From positions 12,830 to 45,055 of the forward strand of contig PMWA01000110.1 in assembly GCA_003166335.1 (NCBI GenBank): a DNA stretch of 32,226 nucleotides, in the 5' to 3' direction. The position numbers were made by a program, and so were the translations under genes. The notes beneath the pieces are model-generated. The model had not been told where the DNA came from and searched no databases. It worked only from the letters and a program-made list of their open reading frames with translations. Below, one piece after another: positions 9,240-19,393 of the stretch (position 1 is the first letter of the stretch; every line of letters starts with the position of its first letter). This DNA comes from Methanobacterium sp. Its GTDB lineage: Archaea; Methanobacteriota; Methanobacteria; Methanobacteriales; Methanobacteriaceae.

Positions 9240-9950
9240 TCATCCCTTAACCATATCAATAGTCAAAGGTTTACTTCTCATCCAAACATCGTTGAAAAAT
9301 TCTGCAGCTTTTAAAACATCACGTTTCTTTTTAATTATTACTCCTGCTTCATAATTGACGTGTAAACCGCTTCTTGTTAAATTAGCGGATGATATGATGG
9401 CCACTTTTGAATCAATAATCATTAATTTAGCATGTAATTTATTATTAAATCGTAAATCAGCCCCTATATTATCATGTAATACTCTTAGTTTATCTTTATC
9501 TGTGATGCCTGATTTGATATCTTCGTCTCGACAGTTAGTTATAACTTTAATATTCACTTTTTTATTGAAATTATTAAATTCTGTTGTTAAATATGTAATC
9601 CAAGGCGAACAAACTAATACTTCTCTTTCAGCATCTGCTAAACAACTGCGAATCTCACCATAAACTGAATTCACTTCATTAGGTGAAGTAATGATAAAAT
9701 CAAAATAATTATTACTATAATCTAAATCAGATTTAAGTTTATTATTTTCCTCTTTTAAATCATTAATTTCATCTAAAAGCTCGCTTCGATCAATAAAAAT
9801 CGACTGTAAATCAGCTAAACTATCCTTATAATCCCCATTATCTGCTTTTAATAAATCATTCTCCATTTTCAAATTTTTAATACTTTCTTTACAACCTCGA
9901 TACTTCTTAATCTTATTGACTAATTCTAATTTATCCTCAGAAACCTCCAT
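9240..9950 (-). CDS. Phospholipase D-superfamily nuclease (single HKD, Nuc/Zucchini-like) with N-terminal coiled coil
   Basis: AEREVLVCSPWIT; LHAKLMIIDSKVAIISSANLT (H173-x-K175-x4-D180, SxN190); downstream NYE; heptad N-terminal ~80 aa; AGGGGTG RBS. It stops 16 nt before the helicase start. Confidence 0.92.
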   Translation of the reverse strand: MEVSEDKLELVNKIKKYRGCKESIKNLKMENDLLKADNGDYKDSLADLQSIFIDRSELLDEINDLKEENNKLKSDLDYSNNYFDFIITSPNEVNSVYGEIRSCLADAEREVLVCSPWITYLTTEFNNFNKKVNIKVITNCRDEDIKSGITDKDKLRVLHDNIGADLRFNNKLHAKLMIIDSKVAIISSANLTRSGLHVNYEAGVIIKKKRDVLKAAEFFNDVWMRSKPLTIDMVKG

Positions 9951-10113
9951 ACTAACACCCCTATCATAGAGTTAGATTAATTAATAATTTTACTTATGAT
10001 TTAATAATCGTATTACTGATAAATTAAATGTTTTATTTAGCAAAATAAATATATTCAAAAAATTTTATTTCGATAATTCAATAATAAAGAGGATAAAATA
10101 AAAAAAGTAATTT

Positions 10114-10325
10114 TTATAAATATTTATTTGAAGATTTAAAGTTGTTTTTATCTAATCTTGAATCAAAAAATATTCGTTTCATGAATTCATCCCTATTGGG
10201 ATCTGATAGTTTTTCGTGAAAATCATTTAATCAATCTTTAAATGCATTTATTCCATCTTTTGTTATAATATAAACTTTTTTATCGGGTCTATCCTATTTT
10301 TTTTGAATTATAACACTTATTTTGT
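10114..10325 (-). pseudogene. PadR-family transcriptional regulator remnant
   Basis: One minus frame reads VIIQKK*DRPDKKVYIITKDGINAFKD*LNDFHEKLSDPNRDEFMKRIFF, matching the PadR wing plus C-terminal pattern RPxKKVYxITxxG..F..WL...RDEF..++FF. Stops at 10294-10296 (TAG) and 10231-10233 (TGA, at the conserved Trp). N-terminal HTH not found. Confidence 0.75.
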
Positions 10326-10431
10326 ACTAAGTTTGAATAAAAAATTTGGGTTGAAGAAATTTTGTTGTTATAAAAGTATCACATAAGCTAATATATCATT
10401 TATAATTCAATTATAAATAAGAGGTAAAAAA

Positions 10432-10944
10432 ATGAGAAAAATTGTATTAGGTGGAATAGGATTAGTTGTTTTGTTAGTGTTAATATGGGGTGGTGTATCG
10501 TTAGGGGGAGGTCATAATACACCTACTAATACTACTAAATCGTTTAGTAATGCTTATGTTTCTTTTGATTATCCTAGTAATTGGAATGTAACTAGTGATA
10601 ATTCTGGTAATGGCACTATTCAGGTATATTTAACTGATTCAAATGTTAATGGGACAATTAATGCAGGGTTTTTAAGCTTACTTACAGATAGTGCTGAACA
10701 CGAGCAGAGTGTATTATATCCAGAATATACTAGTATCATAAATAATAATACTACTGCTACGGGTTATAAGATAACGTGGTATAATGACAGCTTTAATCAG
10801 CAGGGAGGCACTGTTATAGGAGGTTTTATTTATAACGGAACAAATGTGTACTGGCTAGATATTAAGTCATCTAATTCAAATATATCAGCTACTGATGATT
10901 CACAGTGTTTCATTACAGTAATAAACTCTATACACTTTAAATAA
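10432..10944 (+). CDS. Membrane-anchored/secreted PsbP-like protein
   Basis: N-terminal MRK plus hydrophobic helix; KSFSNAYVSFDYPSNW motif; many NxS/T sequons. Confidence 0.75.
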   Translation: MRKIVLGGIGLVVLLVLIWGGVSLGGGHNTPTNTTKSFSNAYVSFDYPSNWNVTSDNSGNGTIQVYLTDSNVNGTINAGFLSLLTDSAEHEQSVLYPEYTSIINNNTTATGYKITWYNDSFNQQGGTVIGGFIYNGTNVYWLDIKSSNSNISATDDSQCFITVINSIHFK

Positions 10945-11045
10945 TTATTCGAAACTTTAAATTTGAACTTTAAATCTTTTATAGTAAAGAATTATAACTT
11001 AGATTATTTATAATTAGAATATAAAATTAAACTAGGTTTTTTATA

Positions 11046-12050
11046 ATGCTTCCCAGTGTTTCTATTATAGTATTGAATTGGAATGGATGGGAAAATACCA
11101 TTGAATGTCTTGAATCACTCTATCAAATAAAATATGATAATTTCAATGTAGTTATTGTAGATAACAATTCTGAAGATGATTCGATAAAAAAGATTAAAGA
11201 TTACTGTGAAGGTTCATTAAATATTTCATATAATAAAGAAGTTAAGAAGCCTATACATGTATTAGATCTAATTAATGATGAATTTGAATCTATAAAAACT
11301 GTTTCGGATATATTTTCAGATTTTCCTTCAAATAAAAGATTAATTTTAATTAAAAATGATAAAAATTATGGTTATGCGGGGGGAAACAATGTTGGGATAA
11401 GATGTTCATTTAAACTTTTAAACCCGGATTATATCATGATTTTAAATAATGATACAATAGTTAATAAAGATTTTCTGATAGAATTAGTTAAATTTGCAGA
11501 TTTTGATAAAGAGATTGGGATTATTGGACCGAAAATTTATTATTATGATAATCCGAATGTTATTAATTCTGCAGGTGGAGTTATTAAATGGAGATTAGGG
11601 ATAGGTGTGAATATTGGGATTGGAGAAGTAGATATAGGGCAATTTAACGAATTTAATTATGTAGATTGTTTATTAGGAGCTTGTATTTTAATCAAATCTT
11701 CAGTTATTAAAAAAATAGGCTTCTTGGATGAAAAGTTCTTTTTATTATTAGAAGAAACTGATTTTTGCTTTAGAGCGAAAATAGCTGGTTATAAAATAGT
11801 ATTTTATCCTAAATCTATAGTATATCATAAAGAAGGATTTTCTGGTCAAATGAATCCTTTAATTTTATATTATATGAATAGAAATAGACTTTTATTCTTT
11901 AAAAAACATCAAACATTCATAAAAGTATGTTTATTTACATTTTATGTTACTTTAACGACTATTATAAATCTTTTAAAATATGCTTTAGGAAGGGATTTTA
12001 AATCTATAAAATGTATCATAAAAGGTTATCGGGATGGTTTATCTCAATAA
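11046..12050 (+). CDS. GT2 glycosyltransferase (rhamnosyltransferase-like)
   Basis: VSIIVLNWNG, VDNNSED, NYGYAGGNNVG, LNNDT, GFLDEKFFLLLEETDFCFR. Confidence 0.92.
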   Translation: MLPSVSIIVLNWNGWENTIECLESLYQIKYDNFNVVIVDNNSEDDSIKKIKDYCEGSLNISYNKEVKKPIHVLDLINDEFESIKTVSDIFSDFPSNKRLILIKNDKNYGYAGGNNVGIRCSFKLLNPDYIMILNNDTIVNKDFLIELVKFADFDKEIGIIGPKIYYYDNPNVINSAGGVIKWRLGIGVNIGIGEVDIGQFNEFNYVDCLLGACILIKSSVIKKIGFLDEKFFLLLEETDFCFRAKIAGYKIVFYPKSIVYHKEGFSGQMNPLILYYMNRNRLLFFKKHQTFIKVCLFTFYVTLTTIINLLKYALGRDFKSIKCIIKGYRDGLSQ

Positions 12051-12082
12051 ACCATTATTTCATATTCCTTTTAAGATTTTTT

Positions 12083-12310
12083 TTATAATGAGATTTTATA
12101 GATCAGAATAGTCGTAATTACAATTAATAGTGGTATTGAAACCATGTTAAGATTTTGCGCTAAAATTCTGGTATGATGTTTTTTAGCTGCTATTCCACCA
12201 ATAATGTACCTCAAAGAAAAGATTAAGAGGAGAAACACCACTGTGATAATGTTATTGATCATTTGATTCGTGGTAATATTTGGTGTGAGACTATTGATTA
12301 TAGATATCAT
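12083..12310 (-). CDS. Small two-TM membrane protein, probably cotranscribed with the TPR-CPBP gene
   Basis: 75 aa with two hydrophobic stretches; starts 32 nt after the upstream gene on the same strand. Confidence 0.65.
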   Translation of the reverse strand: MISIINSLTPNITTNQMINNIITVVFLLLIFSLRYIIGGIAAKKHHTRILAQNLNMVSIPLLIVITTILIYKISL

Positions 12311-12342
12311 TTTTTTTATTCAATCCTGTTTATTTATTTTTT

Positions 12343-13629
12343 TTATAAGAGTAATGGTAGTAATATGAATAGAGTTAAGTTACAAAGACCCTGAGAGATG
12401 CCAATTCCTAGTATGCTGTGTGTTTTCTGAAATACGTATCCATAGTACAATGATACTAGAAAAATAAAGATTATGTTTAATGGAGAATTCCAGCTGATAT
12501 TTAGTATAGTGAAAAGTATTGAGGCGAAAATTATCCCTAAAAAGTTTCCCATAATATTTTCTGCAAGTTTTTGAATTATTCCTCGAAAAATAAGTTCTTC
12601 GAGTAATCCCGTAGATATTATGATAATTGAACCAGCTATAATTATATTAATCGGGTTAAAATTAGATATAAGGGCTGATGGATGGATTATATTGTATTCA
12701 ATTATTCCTAATGCTACTCCTGTTAGAGCAATTATTAATTGTAATGGTAGGCTTCCAGTTATGAGTCCTGCTTTTCTCCGGCTTATATTCTGATTTTTCA
12801 TCAAGATAATAGTGGCAACAGTAATTGTCACAGCTGCTATACCTAACCAATAAATTGGTTTTATTGGTATTACTACAATATTTAGGCTTATAATCATAAT
12901 TAATGGTAATAAGATCATTGCTTGGGAAAGATAAGAAAATTTAATGGATTTAGTTAATATTGAATTGATTATTAAGCTTATTATTAAGAAGGATTCAATA
13001 AGGATCGCCCAAGTTGTAGAATAATATGTGGACATTATTTGAGCAAATAGAATAATCAAGATGTAATATATTAAAATTATGGATTGGTTTCTGGTTGGCT
13101 GAATATTGTCAACTTTATTTCTAAGTTTATTAATCTGAAGTGAATTTACTAATTCAAGAGGTTGAAGTTTTTCTCTAGATTGATTTATATTTAATTTTAG
13201 TTCATTTATTTTATCATGAATTTTAAGAGCGTCTTCTAGCGATCCTTCAGCTTGATAACAGCTTGAAATTAATTTTAGAATAATAATTTCCATTTGATGA
13301 TTTCCGATTATATGAAACTTATTTAAAGCTTGATTGTAATAATTACGGGCTTCAGAATATTTATTTTCAATTTTCCATACATCACCAATAGATTTAAGGG
13401 ATACAGCTTCACCTGAATTGTTTTTTTCATCATGGTATAGTTTATAAGCTACAATATACTTTTCTATAGCTTTATCATAATTCATTAATTTTTTTTGCTC
13501 ATCACCAATTTCAAGGACTTTCTTGGCAACTATCCGACTGTTTTTGAGCTTAAATAAATAATTTAATGACTTTTTATAGTTTTTCAATGTACTATGATTT
13601 TGATTATTATCCATCATCCTCTCTCTCAT
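12343..13629 (-). CDS. TPR-repeat plus CPBP (Abi/CAAX, Rce1-like) intramembrane protease-fold protein with catalytic His residues substituted
   Basis: N-terminal TPRs (GEAVSLKSIGDVW...YSEARNYYNQAL) followed by a multi-TM domain. Motif 1 EELIFRG is intact; motif FxxxH reads FTILN; motif HxxxN reads QGLCN. Confidence 0.85.
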   Translation of the reverse strand: MRERMMDNNQNHSTLKNYKKSLNYLFKLKNSRIVAKKVLEIGDEQKKLMNYDKAIEKYIVAYKLYHDEKNNSGEAVSLKSIGDVWKIENKYSEARNYYNQALNKFHIIGNHQMEIIILKLISSCYQAEGSLEDALKIHDKINELKLNINQSREKLQPLELVNSLQINKLRNKVDNIQPTRNQSIILIYYILIILFAQIMSTYYSTTWAILIESFLIISLIINSILTKSIKFSYLSQAMILLPLIMIISLNIVVIPIKPIYWLGIAAVTITVATIILMKNQNISRRKAGLITGSLPLQLIIALTGVALGIIEYNIIHPSALISNFNPINIIIAGSIIIISTGLLEELIFRGIIQKLAENIMGNFLGIIFASILFTILNISWNSPLNIIFIFLVSLYYGYVFQKTHSILGIGISQGLCNLTLFILLPLLL

Positions 13630-14052
13630 TTAATCCATAATTAAGGCTAGAACAGAAAAAATTTTTTTTTAATTCGATTATTATGATTGGTAGTTGATTG
13701 TTGTAATCATAATGGACATTATAATAATTATTAAATATCATTACTAAAAGTTCTCTATAATCAGCTAAACGCACGTATGACTTAGTGTTCATATGCGAAT
13801 CTGCAGTCTTCTTTTAATAGTTACTATAAAAATTAGATTAAATTTTAAAATTTTAGAAGTTAAAATGAACGCATAAATGATTTATGAAATGGAATTTAGT
13901 TTAATGAAATAGTTAATTCAAAAAAATGTGGTTTTATGTTATTTACTATTAAATTCAAAAAATTAGGATTTTGATGACTTTTAAATCGTTTATTGTATCT
14001 TGGTTTAAATTCCAAGAAATTAATTAATTTAAAATTAAGGAAGAACAAATAA

Positions 14053-15525
14053 ATGAATACTGTTCAAAGAATAGCAAAGAATACGGGAATTTTATTCTCT
14101 GCTCAGATTATAGCTTGCATATTAGGTTTTTTTTATTCAATATATATGGCACGTTACCTAGGACCTGTTGGTTTTGGAGTATTATCCTTCGCAATTGCTT
14201 TGATTTTGATTTTCGGTGTTTTCGGTGATCTGGGTTTGAGTACTCTCCTAACTCGGGAGTTGTCTAAAGATAAATCCTTAGAAGAAAAGTATATAGGAAA
14301 TTTTATTCCCATTAAAATTATTTTATCTATTTTAACCTATTCTTTATTGGTATTATTTATTAATTTATTTGGATATTCCTCGCAAACCTTAAACGTTGTT
14401 TATATTATAGGCTTGTCAATGGTTGCTAACGGATTTTCGCAATTGTTTTATGGATTATTTCAATCGTATGAAAAAATGGAATATCAATCTATTACTTTAC
14501 TTATTAATAATACGCTAATATTTTTAGGAGTTATATATGGAATATCTCATGGTTTTAATGTTTCATGGTTTGCATTTGTTTATTTCATTGCGGGTTTAGC
14601 CGTTCTAATCTTTAGTTTAATCATATTTATATGGAGATATAATTCTTTTAAATTAGAGATTCATTTCAGCTATTGGAAAAAATCATTAATATTAGCGTTG
14701 CCCCTTTCGATTCTTTTAATTTTTTCTGTATTAACATCTAGAGTGGATACCGTACTTTTAGAATTATTAAAGGGTAGCACAGCAGTGGGGTGGTATAGTG
14801 CATCTTATAGGATGCTTGATTTTTTAATGTACATTCCCACACTTTACACTGGAGCAATTTTCCCTGTTTTATCTAACTTTCATGTTTCATCAAGTGAGTC
14901 CTTGAAGGTCATGTATGAAAAGTCTTTTAAATATTTGTTTATATTTAGTTTACCAATATCTGCAGCTATTACTATTCTGGCTCAACATATAATCTTGATT
15001 CTTTATCAGAATTCTTATTATCAGTCTATATTAAGCCTTCAAATTCTTATATGGAGTATACCTTTCCTTTTTTTAATGTCTATGTTTGGAACAATGTTCG
15101 TATCCATTAACAAAGCTTATGCTATGGTTAAAATAACTTTTATTAGTATGATATTCAATATTATCTTGAATTTGATATTTATACCTTCATATAGTTATAT
15201 AGGAGCCGCTATAATAACGGTATTTACGGGAATACTTGGTAGTGTAATTTCTTTTTATTATCTTTCTCGATTTATATATAAAATTCAACTTAGAAGTGTA
15301 ATTATAAAACCAATATTAGCCACTATGATCATGAGTCTTTTCCTTCTTTTAGTTCATATAAATTTTTTATTATTAATAATAATAGCTACAATTTTATATT
15401 TAGGGCTGTTAATGGTTTTTAAAACCTTTGAAAAGGATGACTATGATATATTTGAAAGATTAGTTCCTAATTCCATGAGGATCTATTTAATAAAAATTTA
15501 TAATTTTTATATCCTAATTTTTTAA
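14053..15525 (+). CDS. Polysaccharide/oligosaccharide flippase (Wzx/MATE-like, MOP superfamily)
   Basis: RIAKNT, ARYLGPVGFG, DLGLSTLLTRELS, RVDTVLL, AVGWYSASYR, LIPSYSYIGAA-type motifs; ~14 TM. Confidence 0.93.
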   Translation: MNTVQRIAKNTGILFSAQIIACILGFFYSIYMARYLGPVGFGVLSFAIALILIFGVFGDLGLSTLLTRELSKDKSLEEKYIGNFIPIKIILSILTYSLLVLFINLFGYSSQTLNVVYIIGLSMVANGFSQLFYGLFQSYEKMEYQSITLLINNTLIFLGVIYGISHGFNVSWFAFVYFIAGLAVLIFSLIIFIWRYNSFKLEIHFSYWKKSLILALPLSILLIFSVLTSRVDTVLLELLKGSTAVGWYSASYRMLDFLMYIPTLYTGAIFPVLSNFHVSSSESLKVMYEKSFKYLFIFSLPISAAITILAQHIILILYQNSYYQSILSLQILIWSIPFLFLMSMFGTMFVSINKAYAMVKITFISMIFNIILNLIFIPSYSYIGAAIITVFTGILGSVISFYYLSRFIYKIQLRSVIIKPILATMIMSLFLLLVHINFLLLIIIATILYLGLLMVFKTFEKDDYDIFERLVPNSMRIYLIKIYNFYILIF

Positions 15526-15649
15526 TAATATTATATAGGGAAAAAAAGTTATCCGCTAATTATTATCTAATTCTGTTTAAACTAAAAAAATATAAAATCA
15601 GCCTATGAAAATAAGAGTTCAAAACAGGAACCATGTAATCATTTTTTTT

Positions 15650-16582
15650 TTAACCATGGAGTTTATCTAAAATATTAATTGACTTAACTTTAAAAATTAT
15701 ATGTTTAATAGTCTTATATGAAATGTTTTTAATGGTAAGGGTCACGAAAGCCGATGCTATAATTATAGGGTAAGCAAGATTAAACTTATTCCATAAATCA
15801 ACTTTTATACAAAAAATAAATGAAATCACGCAGGTTTTATAAAAAATATTTTTAAGGGCTTTATATGATATTTCATCAGCATATTCGTGTAGGAAGTAAA
15901 TACAGAGTAGTAAAGAATCGTGATACCAATTTTTTATATCTCCTGATGAGGTATTATTTGAATGTAAACGATATTTTGCTAGAGGTTTTTCTATATAATA
16001 ATATCCATATTTAAATCCTATATCAATGTAAAACTGAGTGTCGTTTAAATATTTCATCCTTTCATTAAATCTTATCCCATTCAGATTATCTTTTTTAAAC
16101 ATAATACTGGAACCGCAAAGCCATGCACTGGGCAGATCTTCAAAAACATAACCATTTAAATCTGAATTTTCATAAATCTCACTACTATTGTAACCAGTAG
16201 GAACTGATTTGGCATCAATAATTGCTGCATTACACCATACTATTAAATTTTCATTTTTCTCAAGGATTCTCAATTGTTTTGCCAATTTGTCTTCAGTCCA
16301 CAAGTCATCTGATGCTATAAATGCTACATATTTTCCACTTGAATTTTCTATACAATCGTTAATGGTCTTGGCAATACCCATATTCCTCTGATGAAATATT
16401 GATTTTATTCTTTCATCTTTTTTATTAAGCTCTGTGATAATCTTTTGGGATTCATCATTTGATGCATCATCAACTATTACCAATTCTAAATCAGTGAATG
16501 ATTGAGCTAATACACTTTCAATCGCTTCACGAATAAAAATTTCATGATTATAAGAAGTCATCAAAACACTAACTACTGGCAT
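15650..16582 (-). CDS. GT2 glycosyltransferase
   Basis: Likely start [14 protein letters not shown] at 16582 (GGAG upstream; overlaps the DegT stop region); [15 protein letters not shown]. Confidence 0.9.
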   Translation of the reverse strand: MPVVSVLMTSYNHEIFIREAIESVLAQSFTDLELVIVDDASNDESQKIITELNKKDERIKSIFHQRNMGIAKTINDCIENSSGKYVAFIASDDLWTEDKLAKQLRILEKNENLIVWCNAAIIDAKSVPTGYNSSEIYENSDLNGYVFEDLPSAWLCGSSIMFKKDNLNGIRFNERMKYLNDTQFYIDIGFKYGYYYIEKPLAKYRLHSNNTSSGDIKNWYHDSLLLCIYFLHEYADEISYKALKNIFYKTCVISFIFCIKVDLWNKFNLAYPIIIASAFVTLTIKNISYKTIKHIIFKVKSINILDKLHG

Positions 16583-17663
16583 TTTCAATCGTCTCCGCAA
16601 TATAAATAATTTCATCATCTTTTAGACCAGGATACATAGGTAAGGATAATATTTCATTACAAATTTCTTCTGTTACAGGTAAAACAAACTTCATAGATGA
16701 ATTTAAATAGAATTTTTGAAAATGTACGGGAATAGGGTAATGTATTTGAGTTTGAATTCCTTTATTCAAGAGTTCTTCTTTTAAATACTCTCTATTTTTA
16801 CTTCTAATGACGTATTGATGATAAACATGTTTACAGTATTTTTTTTCATCTATTAATATCACATCAGACTGTTGAAGAAGTTTATTATAAAGTTCAGCAA
16901 TTTTTCTACGCCTATTATTCCAGTTTTCTAAATTCTTCAATTTTACTCTAAGTATTGATGCTTGTATTTCATCTAATCTACTATTAAAACCAATAAAATC
17001 GTGATGATATTTTCTTATTTGCCCATAACTTCTCAACTGTATTAATTTTTCTGATAATTCAGAAACATTAGTAACGATCATTCCACCATCACCATAAGCA
17101 CCTAAATTTTTAGTGGGATAAAAACTGAAACAACCAATGTCTCCAATACTACCCACCTTTAAATCTTTGTATTAAGCTCCATGTGCTTGAAATGCATCTT
17201 CTATTAAAAAAAGATTATATTTATTCGCTAATTTAGAGATGGGATCCATATCTATAGGATGACCATATATATGAACCACTAGAATCGCTTTTGTTTTATC
17301 AATAATTTTGTCTTCTATTTTAGATACATCTATACAATAAGTTTCAGGATTTATATCAACAAATATTGGCTTTACACCAGTTCTAACAATAGCATCGGCT
17401 GTGGATATGAATGTATGTGAAACTGTTATAACTTCATCATCGTTACCTACACCGAGGGAATTAATTGCTAAAAAAAGAGCATCGGAACCTGAATTCACAC
17501 TAACTGCATATTTAATCCTTATCATATCGGAAAAATCTTCTTCAAATTTTTTAACTTCATCTCCTAGTATATAATATCCGGATTGAAGAATATTTAGAAT
17601 TTTTTGGTTCAATTCTTCACTGAGAGATGAGTATTCCTTTTTTAGATTTATAAATGGGATCAT
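16569..17663 (-). pseudogene. DegT/DnrJ/EryC1/StrS PLP aminotransferase (FdtB/QdtB-like) interrupted by an in-frame TAA
   Basis: The two listed ORFs share one frame: ...[40 protein letters not shown]..., with TAA at 17172-17174. Start MIPFINL at 17663; the joined frame is 364 codons plus the stop. Confidence 0.9.
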
Positions 17664-17700
17664 CAAAAAAATCACATTTTTTTTTAAATGCAAATGTAAA

Positions 17701-18636
17701 TCATAAATTCAGCTCATAAGCGTCATAAACAACAGCTCTAGCTCCAAATGTTTCTTTAAATGAAATTAATCCTTTATTTAAATAATGACCATTATTTTCA
17801 GTGGATATTCCTAAATCAAAATATTTTTTATCAGTATAATATTCGTTAATCAATTTGTCAATTATTAAATCTGGAGCTCTTAATTCCAAGCCTAGATCAG
17901 TTGCTCCCTGGTATTGGGCGTGAGCCACATTTTGACTTTCATATATTATAACTCCGTCAACCATCTCTCCTTCTCTTTCGGCTGCGAAAAGTTTAATATT
18001 TTCGGTAAATTTATTCCCTAAGTATTCCATTTCTCCAGCGGTATGGGTAGGGTTGACTCCATGTGTTTTTAACAGTTGTTGTTTTTTTAAATCCATGAAA
18101 GTATTAAAATCGTAACTTCTTTTGATTATCAAACCGTTTTTCTTAGCTATTTTTGTATTTCGTTTTCTATTTCTATTAAGCTGTATTTTATCAGCCATTT
18201 TGATGGTTGATGAAATCTCTCTTCTAATTAATCTAGCATTATTAATATAAAGAGCATATAGATCTTCTTCAGATGGATATATATGGTAAATATGGGGTAT
18301 TGGCTTGTATAACAGGTTTTTTATACCTCTTGGTTTTAAATATTCCTTTAAGGAATCGAAAATATGTAACATTACATTCATTTTCATTTTCTGGTTGGTG
18401 ATTATTCCTCCGAAGGTTAAGCCATTGTGACTAGCTAGAGAATAAATATTAATGTTTGCTGGCAATAATCCTATTGGTTTATTTTTCCAATAAAAGATCA
18501 ATGAATAATCTTCAAATCTATCAGAATGGTACTCCATATAATCTCTTAGAAATAAAAATAACCCATTTTTTGACTGCATTACAAAGTTATCCCAAATTTC
18601 TTTGTCTTCTGCTTCATATTTTTTTATTTTCATCAT
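17701..18636 (-). CDS. GNAT/FemAB-like acyltransferase associated with sugar biosynthesis
   Basis: [59 protein letters not shown]. Confidence 0.85.
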   Translation of the reverse strand: MMKIKKYEAEDKEIWDNFVMQSKNGLFLFLRDYMEYHSDRFEDYSLIFYWKNKPIGLLPANINIYSLASHNGLTFGGIITNQKMKMNVMLHIFDSLKEYLKPRGIKNLLYKPIPHIYHIYPSEEDLYALYINNARLIRREISSTIKMADKIQLNRNRKRNTKIAKKNGLIIKRSYDFNTFMDLKKQQLLKTHGVNPTHTAGEMEYLGNKFTENIKLFAAEREGEMVDGVIIYESQNVAHAQYQGATDLGLELRAPDLIIDKLINEYYTDKKYFDLGISTENNGHYLNKGLISFKETFGARAVVYDAYELNL

Positions 18637-18688
18637 TTTTATTCACTATAAAATATCATTGAATTGAATAAATCTTATTAAAAAAATT

Positions 18689-19372
18689 TTAACTTAAATG
18701 GGCTTTAATAGTTTTAAGGACTCTAAAACTGTTTTTATCAAGTGTTTTAGCTGGATTTCCCGCATAAACTCTTCCTTTTTTAGTGTTCTTTACCACTACC
18801 GCACCGGCCCCAATAACAGTGTAGTCAGATATTTTAATATGATCAATAATTGTACTATTGAGACCAATGAAACAGTTTTTTCCTAATTCTGAATGACAAG
18901 CTATCACAGAATGGGCAGCTAAAAAACAATTGTCTTTAACTTCAGTATGATCCCCTATATAGCAACCACTCCACATTATCATATTGTTTCCAATTTTAAC
19001 TGAATATTGAATATTATTATTATCAAAAATAAAACAATTCTCTCCTATTTTAATATCATGAGATATTTGGGCATTTGAACTGATATAAGTTGCAAATTTG
19101 TAGCCTTTTAGTTTTACATTACTGTAGAATTGTTCTCTTAATTGATTTAATTCAGTGTAGGTTATTGCTACAAAAATATGGTGTATATGGGGTGGGTATA
19201 AGTTTTCTAGTTCTTCAAATGGAACCACTGGTAATTTTAAGAATTTATTGTTTTTAATATACTCTCTTTCCACAGTGAAAGCTACCACGTGGTAAGAGGA
19301 GTCGTTTGTGAAGCGTTCATATGCAATTTCTGCGAATTCACCATTGCCTACAATAACAAGATATTTAGTCAT
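18689..19372 (-). CDS. PglD/NeuD-like hexapeptide-repeat sugar acetyltransferase
   Basis: N-terminal IVGNGEFA Rossmann-like segment; left-handed beta-helix repeats (IGENCFI, IGNNMI, LGKNCFIG, IGAGAVV); YAGNPAK. Confidence 0.88.
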   Translation of the reverse strand: MTKYLVIVGNGEFAEIAYERFTNDSSYHVVAFTVEREYIKNNKFLKLPVVPFEELENLYPPHIHHIFVAITYTELNQLREQFYSNVKLKGYKFATYISSNAQISHDIKIGENCFIFDNNNIQYSVKIGNNMIMWSGCYIGDHTEVKDNCFLAAHSVIACHSELGKNCFIGLNSTIIDHIKISDYTVIGAGAVVVKNTKKGRVYAGNPAKTLDKNSFRVLKTIKAHLS

Positions 19373-19393
19373 GGTATCATCATACTTTTTTTA

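Noticed and set aside
6713..9950. Assignment to DISARM, Hachiman or a restriction-modification system
   Set aside because: No methyltransferase or drmAB genes nearby, and the helicase is SF1 (Upf1-like) rather than the SF2 type used by those systems.
17172..17174. Recoding (Sec/Pyl) of the internal stop in the aminotransferase
   Set aside because: The codon is TAA, not TGA or TAG, and the position is not catalytic. The TGA/TAG stops in the MFS and PadR remnants co-occur with other lesions.
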